Shown here piece by piece: positions 1 to 9,389 of a stretch of DNA of 64,000 bases. The stretch spans positions 640,001-704,000 of the forward strand of contig JBEKOM010000001.1 in the NCBI GenBank assembly GCA_049521795.1, given 5' to 3'. Below the pieces are notes generated by a model, which saw nothing but the letters and a program-made list of their open reading frames with translations, was not told where the DNA came from and did not search any database. Source of the DNA: Candidatus Bathyarchaeia archaeon. GTDB lineage: Archaea > Thermoproteota > Bathyarchaeia > Bathyarchaeales > Bathycorpusculaceae. The position numbers and the translations under genes were made by a program. Within the stretch, counting starts at the first letter, position 1. The number at the start of each line of letters is the position of its first letter.

Positions 1-54
1 TTTCCCCATTGGTTATTCAGGTCCGGGGAGTCATTAATCTTCATTGCGGGTTTT

Positions 55-756
55 TCAAAAGCCCAGAAACTTCTCAGTCTTGATCTGCTTCTCGGGAACG
101 TCAAGCTCCTTGAGTAACTTTTCCATAGCTTCGACCATCACTAGAGGTCCGCACGTGTAGAACGTCGTTTCCACGTAGTCTGGAATCTCCTTTCTTATCA
201 TGTCAGCGTCGATTCTTCCAGTGTAACCAGTCCATCTATCGTTTGCCTCGGCGATTACAAACGCGACTCTAAAGTTGCTGTTCAGTTTCTGCATGTCCTC
301 AAACTCGTCTCTGAACACAATATCTTCTTCTGCGCGGTTGCCGTACAGAAGCGCTATCTTTGTCCTTGACCTCGTGTCCAAACAATATTTGCATATGCTT
401 CGCAATGGGGTTATTCCAATCCCGCCTGAGAGAAGGCCGATTTTTTCAAATTGGCCTTCGAACGTGAAATCTCCGTAAGGACCATCTATAGACGCCCAGT
501 CACTAACTCTTAACGCGTTCAGCGCTCTGGAAAAGGGGTGATCCGTGAGTTTTTTCGTAAATTCTAAGACCTCTCGCTCGGTTGGGCTGCTTGAAATCGT
601 AAAATGCTTCTTCAGGAGTTCGTCTTGTTCGCTTTTGATCGTGATGAACATGAATTGTCCAGGTTTATATTGGAACGAGGCGGGCCTAGGAAACCTCACA
701 CTTTTCACGTTGTAGGTCCTCTGTATTATGTCCGTGACTTTTGTTTCGAATTTCAT
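55..756 (-). CDS. FAD/NAD(P)-binding oxidoreductase (ferredoxin-NADP reductase family)
   Basis: YKPGQF, HFTISSSP, DGPYG, SGGIGITP, YTCGP and C-terminal EKF motifs. Confidence 0.9.
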   Translation of the reverse strand: MKFETKVTDIIQRTYNVKSVRFPRPASFQYKPGQFMFITIKSEQDELLKKHFTISSSPTEREVLEFTKKLTDHPFSRALNALRVSDWASIDGPYGDFTFEGQFEKIGLLSGGIGITPLRSICKYCLDTRSRTKIALLYGNRAEEDIVFRDEFEDMQKLNSNFRVAFVIAEANDRWTGYTGRIDADMIRKEIPDYVETTFYTCGPLVMVEAMEKLLKELDVPEKQIKTEKFLGF

Positions 757-868
757 ATTGACCGTTTTGAAAAACGGTATTTTTCCAATTATAAAATTTT
801 CCTCTGTCTTTCAGCTAGGCCACACGTTATCCTAAATCGAAGTCAGTGTTGTCCGTCTTATCCAGTTG

Positions 869-1417
869 TCAGGGTATGTTAGGCATTTTCTTTGCTGAGC
901 GCTTCGTCCTGTAGGCTACGGCTGCGACTGTGGTGGCTAAGATGAACAGAGGGAGAATCAGAAATGGCGAGAATTCAGGAACCGCTTGCTGCACAACCAG
1001 TGTCCCATACAACGTCGTCGGATGAACGCTGCATCGATAGGTGAAGTTTCCGCTTGTGGTTGCGTTAAACCCGAAAACAGTTGTTGCTGTGAACGGAGTG
1101 GACGCGGGTTCGCTCCCTGTGTCAAGTGCGCTGTTGTTGTTGTAATCGACGAAGAATTGATGTAGCACACTATCGTAACTGATCAGAGTCAGGTTGAGGT
1201 AATCGTATTGGTTGATGGTTATTGTTGGTCCTGGGCTAGTTATGCTTGTATTCGAGAAGCCCCAGCCGTATGGATTATTATACCCGTAAGAGCTTGCTGA
1301 AGCGTAAAGCGTTTTGTTTACTGTAGTTGCCGCTCTCGCTTCTTGAATCCTGATCGAAGCCGTAGATATTCCGATGAGGAGCACGATGATCGTTGCGAGG
1401 ATTATTTTTCGAGGCAT
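869..1417 (-). CDS. Secreted cupredoxin-like protein with PEF-CTERM sorting signal
   Basis: Signal peptide; PGPTITI...H...GNFTYRCSVHP cupredoxin pattern; C-terminal VPEF + TM helix + basic tail (RTKRSAKK). Confidence 0.8.
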   Translation of the reverse strand: MPRKIILATIIVLLIGISTASIRIQEARAATTVNKTLYASASSYGYNNPYGWGFSNTSITSPGPTITINQYDYLNLTLISYDSVLHQFFVDYNNNSALDTGSEPASTPFTATTVFGFNATTSGNFTYRCSVHPTTLYGTLVVQQAVPEFSPFLILPLFILATTVAAVAYRTKRSAKKMPNIP

Positions 1418-1575
1418 ATGATCACACTACTTTGCTTTGCTGTTCTTTGAATATTAGAGTTTCGAAGATATAAAAGTGTGTGATTGTTGCGTTGCAGCTT
1501 GCTTTCAGGGCATGAGGATAGCCCGCGCTGATACTTGTGCTAGCAAGATTTAATTGCTCTTGCGGATGATCTGTT

Positions 1576-2001
1576 TTGAAGATTATGCACGTCGTCAAAG
1601 AGATGATGCGGGATGTCGTTAAGATAGGTTCGCAGCAAACGGTTCTAGAAGCTGCGAAGCTCATGAGAGACTGTGATCGGAGCAGCTTGGTCGTCATGGA
1701 GGGGAATATCGCCGTTGGTATTGTGACCGAGAAAGACTTTATTACGAGAGTCGCGGCGGAAAACCTGCCTTGCACTACTCTAGTTTCGCAGGTTATGTCC
1801 TCGCCTCTCAAAACGGTTGATGCTAGCACGCCTCTGAAGGAAGCTGCTCGAATCATGTGCGAATATAAGATAAGGCGGCTACCAGTCGTGGAGCGTGGAG
1901 CTTTGGCAGGAATCATAGTTGCATCAGATTTTCTGACCCAACTGTCTAAGAAAACCCTCACGGAGGAAATCTGGGGGGCGCTGACTAGCTCTACCCTCTA
2001 A
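1576..2001 (+). CDS. CBS domain pair protein
   Basis: GIVTEKD and IRRLPVV..GII motifs. Confidence 0.9.
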   Translation: MKIMHVVKEMMRDVVKIGSQQTVLEAAKLMRDCDRSSLVVMEGNIAVGIVTEKDFITRVAAENLPCTTLVSQVMSSPLKTVDASTPLKEAARIMCEYKIRRLPVVERGALAGIIVASDFLTQLSKKTLTEEIWGALTSSTL

Positions 2002-2314
2002 ATTCGATACTGGAACAGCCAACGAGGCCAGAGAACTGGCTCGGATTCCCATAAAACAGTCCGTTCGAGCACGCGCGCTGGGCGCACGACGACCACTTTG
2101 TCTGGCACATTTGCAGAACTGGCTGCTACCCAGTTTATCGATGCGCGCCAAGCGTCTATGAAACTCTTTTGAGTAAGTGCAAGCAGGCTGCCGTTGTTTG
2201 TCCAAACGGATGGGCATTCTGCGAAGTCTGCCTTGTGTCGAAAGTCATAAATAACGGTTGAAGACACAAAAAGAGTTTCTGCAAGGGCTCCAAAGGTTTG
2301 AGAGAGGAAAGAAG

Positions 2315-3556
2315 ATGTCCGTAAATTCTGGAGACATGTCATGGGTAACAATGGCTACGGGGCTCGTAATGTTGATGACGCCTGCCCTTGGGTTCTTCTA
2401 TGCAGGACTGGTTAGAAAGAAGAACATTGCCAACACAATAGTGCAATGTTTTGCAATTTTCGCCGTCGTGAGCTTGGTCTGGGCTCTTTGGGGCTACAGC
2501 CTTGCCTTCGGTGCATCTAATAACGGATACATAGGAAACCTGGACAAAGTGCTGTTGAACAACGTTGGCGTAACGACACCACTCGCCATCCAGCCAGGAA
2601 TCACAGAACTGCTCTACTTTGCTTTTGAACTGATGTTCGCAGCTATCACACCAGCCTTGATTGTGGGAGCATTCGCAGGAAGAATCAAGTTTCGTTCATT
2701 GCTCATCTTCATCGTACTCTGGTCAACCTTCATCTATTCTCCAATCGCGCATTGGGTCTGGAGTCCTAACGGCTGGTTGGGAATCAAAGGGTTAGGAGCT
2801 ATCGACTTTGCAGGCGGCACAGTCGTGCACGTATCGGCTGGACTGTCTGCTTTGGCCGCGGCGATCGTTGTAGGCCCGAGAATGAATCGTGAGAAAATAG
2901 AGCCAAAACCAAGCAACGTTCCATACGTTATTTTAGGAGCAGCATTGCTTTGGTTCGGATGGTTCGGTTTCAATGCAGGCAGTGCCCTGCAAGCAAATGC
3001 GATTGCGGCAAGCGCCTTTGTCGTGACCAGCTTGTCAGCGGCGGCCGCAACAGTCAGCTGGATGGTCATCGACACGTTGATGAAGGGTAAACCTTCTGCA
3101 ACTGGCATGGCAATCGGCGCGGTCGTTGGACTAGTTGCAATCACTCCAGCTTCGGGTTATGTCACTCCGACTGCAGCAATTATCATAGGTTTGATTGCAG
3201 GTGTTCTGTCCAATTTGGTTTCAACATGGCGAAGTCGCACACGTCTAGACGATACTTTGGACGTTTTTGCATGCCACGGAGTCGGTGGAATATGGGGCTC
3301 AATAGCCACAGGCTTGTTTGCAACAACCGCCGTGAACCCTGTAGCAACTGGTGGTGCGAACGGACTGTTTTATGGAAATCCAGGCCAGTTGCTCGTTCAA
3401 ACCGAGGCTGTGTTAGTAGTCATTGCCTTTGCCTTCATCGGGACATTTGTGCTCTTAAAAATCGTCAATCGCTTCTCCAAGCTGAGAGTGACACCGGAAG
3501 AGGAAGCCCAGGGACTTGACTTAAGCCAAAATGGGGAAGAAGCCTACTCCTCTTAG
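2315..3556 (+). CDS. amt: Ammonium transporter (Amt)
   Basis: DFAGGTVVH, LWFGWFGFNAGS, DDTLDVFACHG motifs; start moved to ATG 2315 after GAGG. Confidence 0.95.
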   Translation: MSVNSGDMSWVTMATGLVMLMTPALGFFYAGLVRKKNIANTIVQCFAIFAVVSLVWALWGYSLAFGASNNGYIGNLDKVLLNNVGVTTPLAIQPGITELLYFAFELMFAAITPALIVGAFAGRIKFRSLLIFIVLWSTFIYSPIAHWVWSPNGWLGIKGLGAIDFAGGTVVHVSAGLSALAAAIVVGPRMNREKIEPKPSNVPYVILGAALLWFGWFGFNAGSALQANAIAASAFVVTSLSAAAATVSWMVIDTLMKGKPSATGMAIGAVVGLVAITPASGYVTPTAAIIIGLIAGVLSNLVSTWRSRTRLDDTLDVFACHGVGGIWGSIATGLFATTAVNPVATGGANGLFYGNPGQLLVQTEAVLVVIAFAFIGTFVLLKIVNRFSKLRVTPEEEAQGLDLSQNGEEAYSS

Positions 3557-3722
3557 ATATAGCTTCAAAAGACACTTCCATGATTTATCAGAAGTCCTCA
3601 GAAGCGCGAGCACGGGCTGCTAGGCTCGCAAATCATCTCTTCAAGAATGTAGAATCCGCGCACTTGGCAGGATGTTCTGCGGGGGCGTTATTTTTATTAG
3701 CTTAAGAGAACACGCTATCGGT

Positions 3723-4115
3723 ATGAATCAGGGTTACGTTTTCCCATGCGTTGGGGAATCTCTTAAGAATTGTGTGAGAAGCAGACTGTTCACCTGTTCA
3801 GGCGAGGCTGCTCGCGAGATAGGACCAGGCTATCTGGTCTTCTTCTTTAATACCGGTTCAGACACGCTTGTGGGGCCATTCACGGCCTCAGGTTCATCTA
3901 AAACAGGACCAGAGCCTGGAGCGTGGACCCAAGCCATAGATCCGCACACTTTCTCTGGCAACTTCAAGGTTGAATGGGAAGAACTGCATGAGTTGAATCA
4001 TGCTCGAAGAAAGTTTCCTTTTTTGAAAGACCTCAACGCTTGTAAGCTCTCTCCGCTTCAAGTTGAAGATGTGATCAGTGCTTTGAAAAAGGCTCCGTTG
4101 TTTCATCAAACATAA
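3723..4115 (+). CDS. DCD (development and cell death)/EVE-like domain protein
   Basis: GYVFPC...CVRSRLF...IGPGYLVFFFN...LVGPFTA...EPGAW resembles the DCD consensus (GYIFMC..C..RQLFG..I.PG..LFL.N....L.G.F.A......P.AW). Confidence 0.6.
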   Translation: MNQGYVFPCVGESLKNCVRSRLFTCSGEAAREIGPGYLVFFFNTGSDTLVGPFTASGSSKTGPEPGAWTQAIDPHTFSGNFKVEWEELHELNHARRKFPFLKDLNACKLSPLQVEDVISALKKAPLFHQT

Positions 4116-4284
4116 AGTCTGCTCATAAGCATAAACAAGATTCAAAGTGAAGAGATCCTTGGGCACTGAACAAGGTGCGAGCTAGCAAGCTCACGCGCTC
4201 ACTCCGATCTTTCCGAGAATGCAGTTGCTTCAAACATTGCAGGCAGCTCGGTCTTTGTTGCCGGCTCTTCTTCCATACGCCTGT

Positions 4285-4351
4285 CTGCTTCTTCAAGAAA
4301 TGTTACCACACAACATTACCAAAACCGTTACTTCTGAACAGGGGGGGTCAA
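4285..4351 (-). repeat. Dispersed non-coding element, copy A (TTGAC7...GGTAA repeats...TCTTGAAGA)
   Basis: Reverse complement matches 44143-44222 at 57/67 positions by manual alignment, excluding one 13-bp indel. Confidence 0.85.
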
Positions 4352-4634
4352 ACGCGAAACACCACGCCTAGACAAACTCTCACAGTCTCACAGGAAAACA
4401 AGGCACAGCATAGGACTCGTGTGTTACTGTTTCCGTTCCTTTCTCTTCAGCATGCGTGCGCATAAACAAGCCACGATGCTTGTCAGAGAATTGGGAATTA
4501 AGAGCTGGTTAAACGCGCGCGCTCCGATGTCGATATTCGCATGGCCTGCAAAGCCTAGATACAATTCTTCATGTTCTAACAGGAGAAACGGTAAACCTTA
4601 AACGTGCGCGTTTTCGGTTTTGGGTGGGAAAACG

Positions 4635-4817
4635 TTGGAGCTAAAGAGGACTCCGAACTTTTCTGATGCAGCAGCAATCAGCATCGGAGCAATAATCGGC
4701 GAAGGAATCCTTGCCGTGCTGGGCGTTGCTCTGGGCTATGCAGGGACGGCTGCTGTGGTTCGATGGTTATTGCGGGGACGGTTGCGCTGTTCGGCGCGAA
4801 GTCTGTCAGAGTGCGCG
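4635..4817 (+). pseudogene. 5' fragment of APC-family amino acid permease (frameshifted, truncated)
   Basis: ELKRT..FSDAAAISIGAIIGEGI..GYAGTAAVV, then shifted frame MVIAGTVALF: typical APC TM1-TM2; ends after about 60 codons. Confidence 0.75.
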
Positions 4818-4885
4818 GGTTCAAAAAGTATTAAACTGAACTGGAGCCAATTATTCCTAAGGCAAATGACTAGAGGTTGGATTTC

Positions 4886-5731
4886 ATGGAGAATAAAGCG
4901 TTCATAAAGAAAATTCTGGTTCCCGTGGACAAATCTGATTCAAGCCTTATGAGCCAAGAGACAGCCGCGCTGATAGCGAAGAAAACACATGCGTCCGTCA
5001 CGGTTCTGCATGTTGTACCCCGCATGTCGTACGGTAAGCCAGAAACAGCCGCTCTGATTCTGAGCGGCTTAGACCAAGAGGGGCAGAAGATAGTCGGCGA
5101 GGCTAAGGGACTTTTCATGGAGGAAAAGGTGGAAGTGAAAGGGGAAGTTCTCCATGAAGAGGATGTTGCTGAGGCTATTCTTGAATTCTCAGCAGATGAT
5201 TTTGATCTAATCGTCATCGGGAATCGTGGGGAGAACGAGAAAGGTCTGCGCGCACTTGGAAGCGTAACGAAGAAAGTTATAATGCACACAAGTTGCCCAA
5301 CGATGATCGTCAAAAAGACTTCGACTCTGTCAAACATGCTCGTGTGTGTGGACGGTTCTGACCATGCAATGAAAGCCTTGAATTATATCTTAGGCCTGGC
5401 CGAAAAAACGGGTTCAAGAATCACGTTGTTGAATGTCCAAGAAACACGCCTGCATAAAGCCTCGCCTGACGCTGCAATGGACCTTGGCGGGCGGATTCTG
5501 ACAGAATCGTTAGACACGGTTGAGAAACGGAAACTTACGGCTGACAGAAGACTCGAGTATGGCGTTCCATCAGATGTGATAGTTGACGTGGCTGAAAAAG
5601 GAAATCATGACTTGATCGTCCTTGGGAGCAGAGGGTTGGGAACAGTCAAGAGGTTTTTGCTGGGAAGTGTAAGTGATGACGTCAGTTACAAAGCGAAGTG
5701 TTCGGTGTTGATAGTTCCAGCAAAACTGTGA
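4886..5731 (+). CDS. Tandem universal stress protein (UspA x2)
   Basis: Two ILVPVD/MLVCVDGS...DLIV.G.RG...GSV domains. Confidence 0.92.
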   Translation: MENKAFIKKILVPVDKSDSSLMSQETAALIAKKTHASVTVLHVVPRMSYGKPETAALILSGLDQEGQKIVGEAKGLFMEEKVEVKGEVLHEEDVAEAILEFSADDFDLIVIGNRGENEKGLRALGSVTKKVIMHTSCPTMIVKKTSTLSNMLVCVDGSDHAMKALNYILGLAEKTGSRITLLNVQETRLHKASPDAAMDLGGRILTESLDTVEKRKLTADRRLEYGVPSDVIVDVAEKGNHDLIVLGSRGLGTVKRFLLGSVSDDVSYKAKCSVLIVPAKL

Positions 5732-5875
5732 AAAACGCACACCCGAAGGAATTTCAAGGCTCGCGCTGCCATCTCACAAGTGTCAAGGTCTTCTGCGAAA
5801 AATGCTAAGAGACCAAAAACTTAGTAGCCTGCAAGGATGCTTATATGCGCTACATTAAGTGGAGGCTGAATCGTA

Positions 5876-6655
5876 GTGTCGTACGTTTTCAACATACCGT
5901 TTCGAGAGAACCTTAAGCTGAAGCACGTTATCGATGAAGTCAAGAAAGATGTGAAACTGCAGACTCTCTGGCGATGCTCAAACGTTATGGCTATCGACCG
6001 AATGGGCTTCACTGACCACGGTCCAACGCACGTTAAAATCGTGTCCAACTCAGCGTTGAAACTCTTGAGAATCCTAGTTAAGAATAAAGTCGTGCCCAGC
6101 ATTGTGAAGAACTACGGAATGAAAAACGAAGATGCAGAGATCGTTGTCGTTCTGGGTTCACTCTTTCATGACTTAGGCATGATTGTCGCGAGAGACAGAC
6201 ATGACTGGTTCGGAGCTCTGTTAGCCCTAGGCTTCCTTGAGAAGTACTTGGCACCGATCTACTCTGAGGAGGAACGTACGATAATCTGTTCAGAAGTGTT
6301 GCACGCTATAGTGTCTCACGAAGATCCGAACAAACCCTTGACTGTGGAAGCCGGCATAGTGCGAGTTGCAGACGCCTTAGACATGGAAGAGGGCAGAGCT
6401 AGAATTCCGTTTCAGGCTGGAAAAGTGGACATTCACTCGGTCTCTGCGCTGTCAATTGAGAAGGTGGACATTCAAGAGGGCGAAGAGAAACCGGTGGTCA
6501 TAAGAATAACGATGTCGAACTCCGCCGGTATCTTTCAAATAGATGAACTGCTTAAGCCGAGAATCGAAAACTCTGGGCTGCAGAGCTACATACACGTTGT
6601 AGCGGAGATAACCTGGGAAAAAGAGAGGAGAATAATAGAAAAATTCGAGATCTGA
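5876..6655 (+). CDS. HD-domain metal-dependent phosphohydrolase
   Basis: DHGPTH, FHDLG, SHE, VADALD motifs. Confidence 0.88.
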   Translation: MSYVFNIPFRENLKLKHVIDEVKKDVKLQTLWRCSNVMAIDRMGFTDHGPTHVKIVSNSALKLLRILVKNKVVPSIVKNYGMKNEDAEIVVVLGSLFHDLGMIVARDRHDWFGALLALGFLEKYLAPIYSEEERTIICSEVLHAIVSHEDPNKPLTVEAGIVRVADALDMEEGRARIPFQAGKVDIHSVSALSIEKVDIQEGEEKPVVIRITMSNSAGIFQIDELLKPRIENSGLQSYIHVVAEITWEKERRIIEKFEI

Positions 6656-6719
6656 CTGCTGCAAAGGTCTTGCAGACTGAATGATCTGTGCGATCTTATT
6701 ATGCGCGGTCTGAAGGGAT

Positions 6720-7277
6720 ATGATCTTGAGCAATGCGAACAAAGTCTTGAAGGAAATTGAAAGCATGAGCGAGAGGAAATTTCTACCCATCGTGGGACCC
6801 GACAAGGGTCGCGTACTAGTGAGAGTCATCCATGAAATAAAGCCCAAGCGAGTATTGGAGGTCGGAACACTAGTCGGCTACTCAGCAATCCTTATGGCAA
6901 AAGAGCTTGAAAGCGACGCGCATCTGATCACCATTGAAATTCACGCAGATGAGGCTGAGATGGCAAGGGAGAACATAAAGAAGGCAGAGGTGTCCCACAG
7001 CATAGATGTTCTCGTTGGCGACGCGGTCGAAGTTATACCGAAACTAGCTGGCAAGTTCGACATGGTCTTCATCGACGCAGAAAAGACAGAATACCTGCGC
7101 TATCTGCAACTTGTCCAGCGAAAACTCCATCGAGGAAGCGTCGTCGTAGCGGACAACGCAGGCATCTTTGCTGATCAAATGAAAGATTACCTGAATTATG
7201 TGAGGTCTTCAGGAAAGTACCGCAGCGAATACGTGCCTTTCGGTGAAGACGGGGTAGAAGTGAGTGTCAAACTGTAA
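6720..7277 (+). CDS. SAM-dependent O-methyltransferase (YrrM/CCoAOMT-like)
   Basis: VLEVGTLVGYS, FDMVFIDAEK, VVADN. Confidence 0.9.
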   Translation: MILSNANKVLKEIESMSERKFLPIVGPDKGRVLVRVIHEIKPKRVLEVGTLVGYSAILMAKELESDAHLITIEIHADEAEMARENIKKAEVSHSIDVLVGDAVEVIPKLAGKFDMVFIDAEKTEYLRYLQLVQRKLHRGSVVVADNAGIFADQMKDYLNYVRSSGKYRSEYVPFGEDGVEVSVKL

Positions 7278-7279
7278 CG

Positions 7280-7289
7280 AGCGCGCGCT
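7280..7289. repeat. Perfect palindrome AGCGCGCGCT (member of the iterated GC motif family)
   Basis: 2 nt after the stop of the O-methyltransferase; identical 10-mer at 63705-63714. Confidence 0.7.
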
Positions 7290-7435
7290 AGGTAAAACGC
7301 ATATGCAAAACGTATATACAAAACGTATAAGCTTTCACTTTCGTTTTTTTTGGCGAATTTAAGGATAAGCCAGCCGGCCTCAAGGTCTTTTCGTCGCTGG
7401 AGAATGAACTGCGCTGTGGATGGAGAGCGCAAGTT

Positions 7436-8209
7436 CTAGGAGATGTACGTGACTTTCTTGTCCTCTTCTTTTCGTGTTTCTTCGGCCTGAAGGACTCTTT
7501 TTTCTTCGATCTTCTGCAGTCGTGTGACCATCTTTTCGCCCTTCGCTATCTCTTCATCCAAGCCTGCGAGGTTAGCGTCAAAATCGAGCATCAACTGCAG
7601 TATTTCTAGCACGCTCTTGGCAGACCTCGGGTCGGGCAGGTATCCTCTGGTCTCACCTAGAAGGCATAGAGCGTCTATTCCCCTGAAATGAGAAAGTCCT
7701 AGAATCAGGCCTGCCGTGCCGACGATGGGGCTTCCAGTCGGACTCACTTCTGCTCCGGCCTTCAAGGCTTTGTTCAGGAGTTCTTGGTCCGTGGCTGCTG
7801 CGACGACTTTCGGCTTGTCCTTGGCCTCCATTCGGTATCCGCCGATCGTTATTATCAATTTCACTTCATGCTGTTTGGCGAAGTTCAGTATCCGGTCAGA
7901 AATCTCGTACTGCCCCTCAATCGTTTGCGCTTGACTGTCACCTGTGAACAGGATCAAGTCGTTCTTTCCGTTCTTGTTCTTCCAGAAGTGGAATGCTCCT
8001 CGCAGAAGCCTGACGTTTCCCTTCTTGCTGACGATCACGAAATATGGAAAGTGTGGGGAGTAGAGGTAAGCGAACTTTTCAGCCTTCAACTGCTTGACCA
8101 GGTGGCGTATGGCAATTTTCCCGACGAGTCCCAGGCCTGGGAGTCCTTCGATCAAAATCGGATTCTTCAACTCGGCTTTCGCGACTTCTTTAATGAACGT
8201 CTCTTTCAC
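7436..8209 (-). CDS. Proteasome assembly chaperone, PAC2 family
   Basis: LIEGLPGLGLVGK, CLLGETRGYLPDP, C-terminal YIS; follows nop10. Confidence 0.9.
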   Translation of the reverse strand: MKETFIKEVAKAELKNPILIEGLPGLGLVGKIAIRHLVKQLKAEKFAYLYSPHFPYFVIVSKKGNVRLLRGAFHFWKNKNGKNDLILFTGDSQAQTIEGQYEISDRILNFAKQHEVKLIITIGGYRMEAKDKPKVVAAATDQELLNKALKAGAEVSPTGSPIVGTAGLILGLSHFRGIDALCLLGETRGYLPDPRSAKSVLEILQLMLDFDANLAGLDEEIAKGEKMVTRLQKIEEKRVLQAEETRKEEDKKVTYIS

Positions 8210-8376
8210 CGTGTTGAACTCTCCTGTTTGAGGGCCATCCTGTACCTGAGATACTTGTCATCAGGCGAGAACTTTGGTGGGTGTGGCACGAGAACTTTTC
8301 CTCCGCAGTATGGGCACTTGTCATTCCTCAACGTGTAGCTTTGACAGTTCTCGCATTTTCGCAGAAGCCAGACCAT
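8206..8376 (-). CDS. nop10: H/ACA RNP protein Nop10 (56 aa, missing from the ORF track)
   Basis: Manual translation MVWLLRKCENCQSYTLRNDKCPYCGGKVLVPHPPKFSPDDKYLRYR; canonical position after aIF2alpha. Confidence 0.95.
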   Translation of the reverse strand: MVWLLRKCENCQSYTLRNDKCPYCGGKVLVPHPPKFSPDDKYLRYRMALKQESSTR

Positions 8377-9164
8377 CACTTGTCCCTTCTAAACGTGCCC
8401 TGACCTCCGGCTTTGGAGACGTTCGAGACAACATTCTCCGCAACTTTCTGCAAGACGTCTTCAGCATGCTTGTAATCTTCAGCCAACACCTCGATGCTGT
8501 ACTTCGGTGCAGCGGTGACGTAGAAGCGAAGCTTTGCGCTGCCAAGTTTCTCACCCTTCTTGGCGCTTGCGAAGGCTTCTTTAATTATTTTCACACCATT
8601 CGGCTTCACGCAGCGCAGCTCAACCGTGCCCTTGACTTTGACCATGGGAATGCGTATTCTTTCTTGGACGACTTCAATGATCACCTTGGCAACGTCTTCG
8701 GGCACGCCTACCTTTGTCAGGACATCTGGGCCCTCTTTCACCGCTCTTTCAAAGCCTTCGTACAACCCGTATTCGGCCTCCAAGGGTTTTCCTGCTTTTT
8801 CATAAATCTCCTCAAGCGGCATGCGAGTTTTCTCAGCGATGTCTCGAAGCAGGGCTTCTGCCTTTCTCTCTTTTTTCCAGAACATTATCTTCTCGATTCT
8901 TTCTCTTTTCGTTACTCGTCTCAATGACAAATCTATGTGTCCCTTTTCTGTGTCGACGCGCAAGACTTTCAACACGATCTTCTGGCCTTCACGGACGAAG
9001 TCGCGAATGTTTCGAATCCAAGAAGAAGATATTTCAGAAACGTGCAGCAACCCCTTCTTGCCATACTCATCCAGCTTTACGTAGGCACCGTAGTCAGTAA
9101 CAGTCTCCACCGTGCCCATGACTAGGTCACCGGGTTCAGGCCATTCCTGCTTATTAAGCGCCAT
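8376..9164 (-). CDS. eif2a: Translation initiation factor 2 alpha subunit (aIF2alpha)
   Basis: S1 domain YGAYVKLDEY..GLLHVSEISS, KGHIDLSLRRV. Confidence 0.95.
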   Translation of the reverse strand: MALNKQEWPEPGDLVMGTVETVTDYGAYVKLDEYGKKGLLHVSEISSSWIRNIRDFVREGQKIVLKVLRVDTEKGHIDLSLRRVTKRERIEKIMFWKKERKAEALLRDIAEKTRMPLEEIYEKAGKPLEAEYGLYEGFERAVKEGPDVLTKVGVPEDVAKVIIEVVQERIRIPMVKVKGTVELRCVKPNGVKIIKEAFASAKKGEKLGSAKLRFYVTAAPKYSIEVLAEDYKHAEDVLQKVAENVVSNVSKAGGQGTFRRDK

Positions 9165-9176
9165 TAGAACTCATCC

Positions 9177-9374
9177 CTATTCAAAAACCGCGATTATTTC
9201 ACCCTTGATCTTTGCCTTTCCACCAGAAGGCTCTGCAAGGATGATTCCACAGACGTTGCAGCTTACCTTGTTAACCGCGCTGCTGAACACCATCTGCTCA
9301 TTGCCACATTTCAAGCATTTGACTCGGATGAAACTGCTTCTCGGCCTCGGAATAAGTTTTTCCCACTCTGACAA
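9177..9374 (-). CDS. rps27e: 30S ribosomal protein S27e
   Basis: PRSSFIRVKCLKCGNEQ...CNVCG..LAEPSGGKA. Confidence 0.95.
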   Translation of the reverse strand: MSEWEKLIPRPRSSFIRVKCLKCGNEQMVFSSAVNKVSCNVCGIILAEPSGGKAKIKGEIIAVFE

Positions 9375-9389
9375 GATCTTCCCTCCTCA

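Noticed and set aside
4175-4601. ORFs 4175-4465 and 4419-4601 (also 44053-44422 and 61089-61286)
   Set aside because: Atypical composition and no SD; they span non-coding repeat elements and share no peptide between copies A and B
5784-7389. AAGGTCTT after three consecutive genes (5785, 6664, 7382)
   Set aside because: Only 8-9 bp, at variable distances, and also frequent within coding DNA; chance cannot be excluded
7278-7435. Integron attC sites at the GC palindromes
   Set aside because: No RYYYAAC/GTTRRRY boxes or long imperfect hairpin; flanking genes are not co-oriented as cassettes; no IntI
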